In this document: in pieces, positions 63,875 through 64,000 of the stretch | Layout: each line of letters opens with the position of its first letter | Position numbering within the stretch: position 1 is the first letter of the stretch | Source of the DNA: Dehalococcoidia bacterium | GTDB taxonomy: Bacteria; Chloroflexota; Dehalococcoidia; Lucifugimonadales; VXLM01 | Length of the DNA: 64,000 nucleotides | Assembly (NCBI GenBank): GCA_034421575.1 | Contig: DAOUKG010000049.1 | Coordinates: forward strand, 31,928 to 95,927 | Reading direction: 5' to 3' | Program-made: the position numbers and the translations under genes | Notes under the pieces: model-generated | The model's input: the letters and a program-made list of their open reading frames with translations, nothing else | The model's database searches: none | What the model was told of the DNA's origin: nothing

Positions 63875-64000
63875 ATGAAAAAACGCCAGGATAAACTCGT
63901 GGGGCCGGTCGTATCCCTGCCCACGTTCGTCGACGACGACCATAACCTCCTCCTCGACAGGCAGGCCAAACACATCCGCTGGCTCATGGACCACGGCATC
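63875..64000 (+). CDS. dihydrodipicolinate synthase family protein, N-terminal fragment (runs off the right edge)
   Basis: The ATG at 63875 lies 10 nt after GGAGG. MKKRQDKLVGPVVSLPTFVDDDHNLLLDRQAKHIRWLMDHGI resembles the DHDPS/NAL family N-terminus. Confidence 0.45.
   Translation, partial: MKKRQDKLVGPVVSLPTFVDDDHNLLLDRQAKHIRWLMDHGI

Noticed and set aside
62377-63999. 540-aa minus-strand ORF, the longest unassigned ORF in the window
   Set aside because: It lies exactly opposite the sulfatase-family gene, which has clear catalytic motifs. The translation is Gly/Val/His/Asp-rich without any domain pattern, and no RBS is present.
1-64000. Search for tRNA, rRNA, tmRNA, transposase, integrase, reverse transcriptase and cas genes
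   Set aside because: I saw no cloverleaf-compatible segments with a GTTCGAATC-type T-arm in the intergenic regions, no rRNA-like stretches, and no ORF with recognisable recombinase, RT or Cas motifs. This is eye-scanning only; tRNAscan/Infernal would be decisive.

Overview
GC-rich, gene-dense bacterial chromosomal segment. I recognise about 60 protein-coding genes and found no rRNA, tRNA, CRISPR array, transposase or integrase by eye. All family calls come from motifs read in the ORF-track translations; no database search was run.

Gene content, left to right:
- A K+ uptake cluster (TrkH/KtrB-like channel, three RCK/TrkA proteins, USP, OsmC), preceded by a strong sigma70-like promoter and a leader that resembles a c-di-AMP (ydaO-class) riboswitch.
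- Assorted oxidoreductases.
- An EEP nuclease followed by two divergent paralogous lipoproteins.
- Two tandem paralogous membrane proteins that share a near-identical 5' block.
- A cytoplasmic reductive-dehalogenase/QueG-like Fe-S protein.
- An AT-rich two-ORF islet.
- A minus-strand DUF1800-DUF1501-3xNHL-propeller operon.
- gatB, a YvcK-like gene, secG, a SAM hydrolase, an FAH-family gene, a nitroreductase and gdh.
- A small inserted cassette with a 2-TM protein next to an NYN nuclease gene, then valS.
- Two hicAB modules plus orphan HicB-like and ParD-like antitoxins.
- A long minus-strand catabolic gene string interrupted by an AT-rich AAA+/wHTH ATPase.
- Methyltransferases, RidA, GNAT and SDR genes.
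- An AT-rich ABC-type ATPase + DUF4276/Toprim-like pair.
- A sulfatase-family gene.

Most notable observations:
1. Two tandem thioredoxin-fold lipoprotein genes are each split by the ORF track at an in-frame TGA. The TGA sits exactly at the first Cys of the WCxxC redox motif, so I predict UxxC selenoproteins. A conserved hairpin follows each TGA.
2. The ATPase + DUF4276 pair is a candidate defence module.
3. The NYN / 2-TM locus shows a duplicated gdh 3' end, a likely CTG start codon and a terminator abutting the ribosome-binding site.
4. Almost every intergenic spacer is filled with a modular family of hairpin repeats and MITE-like elements. One copy shows a nested insertion.
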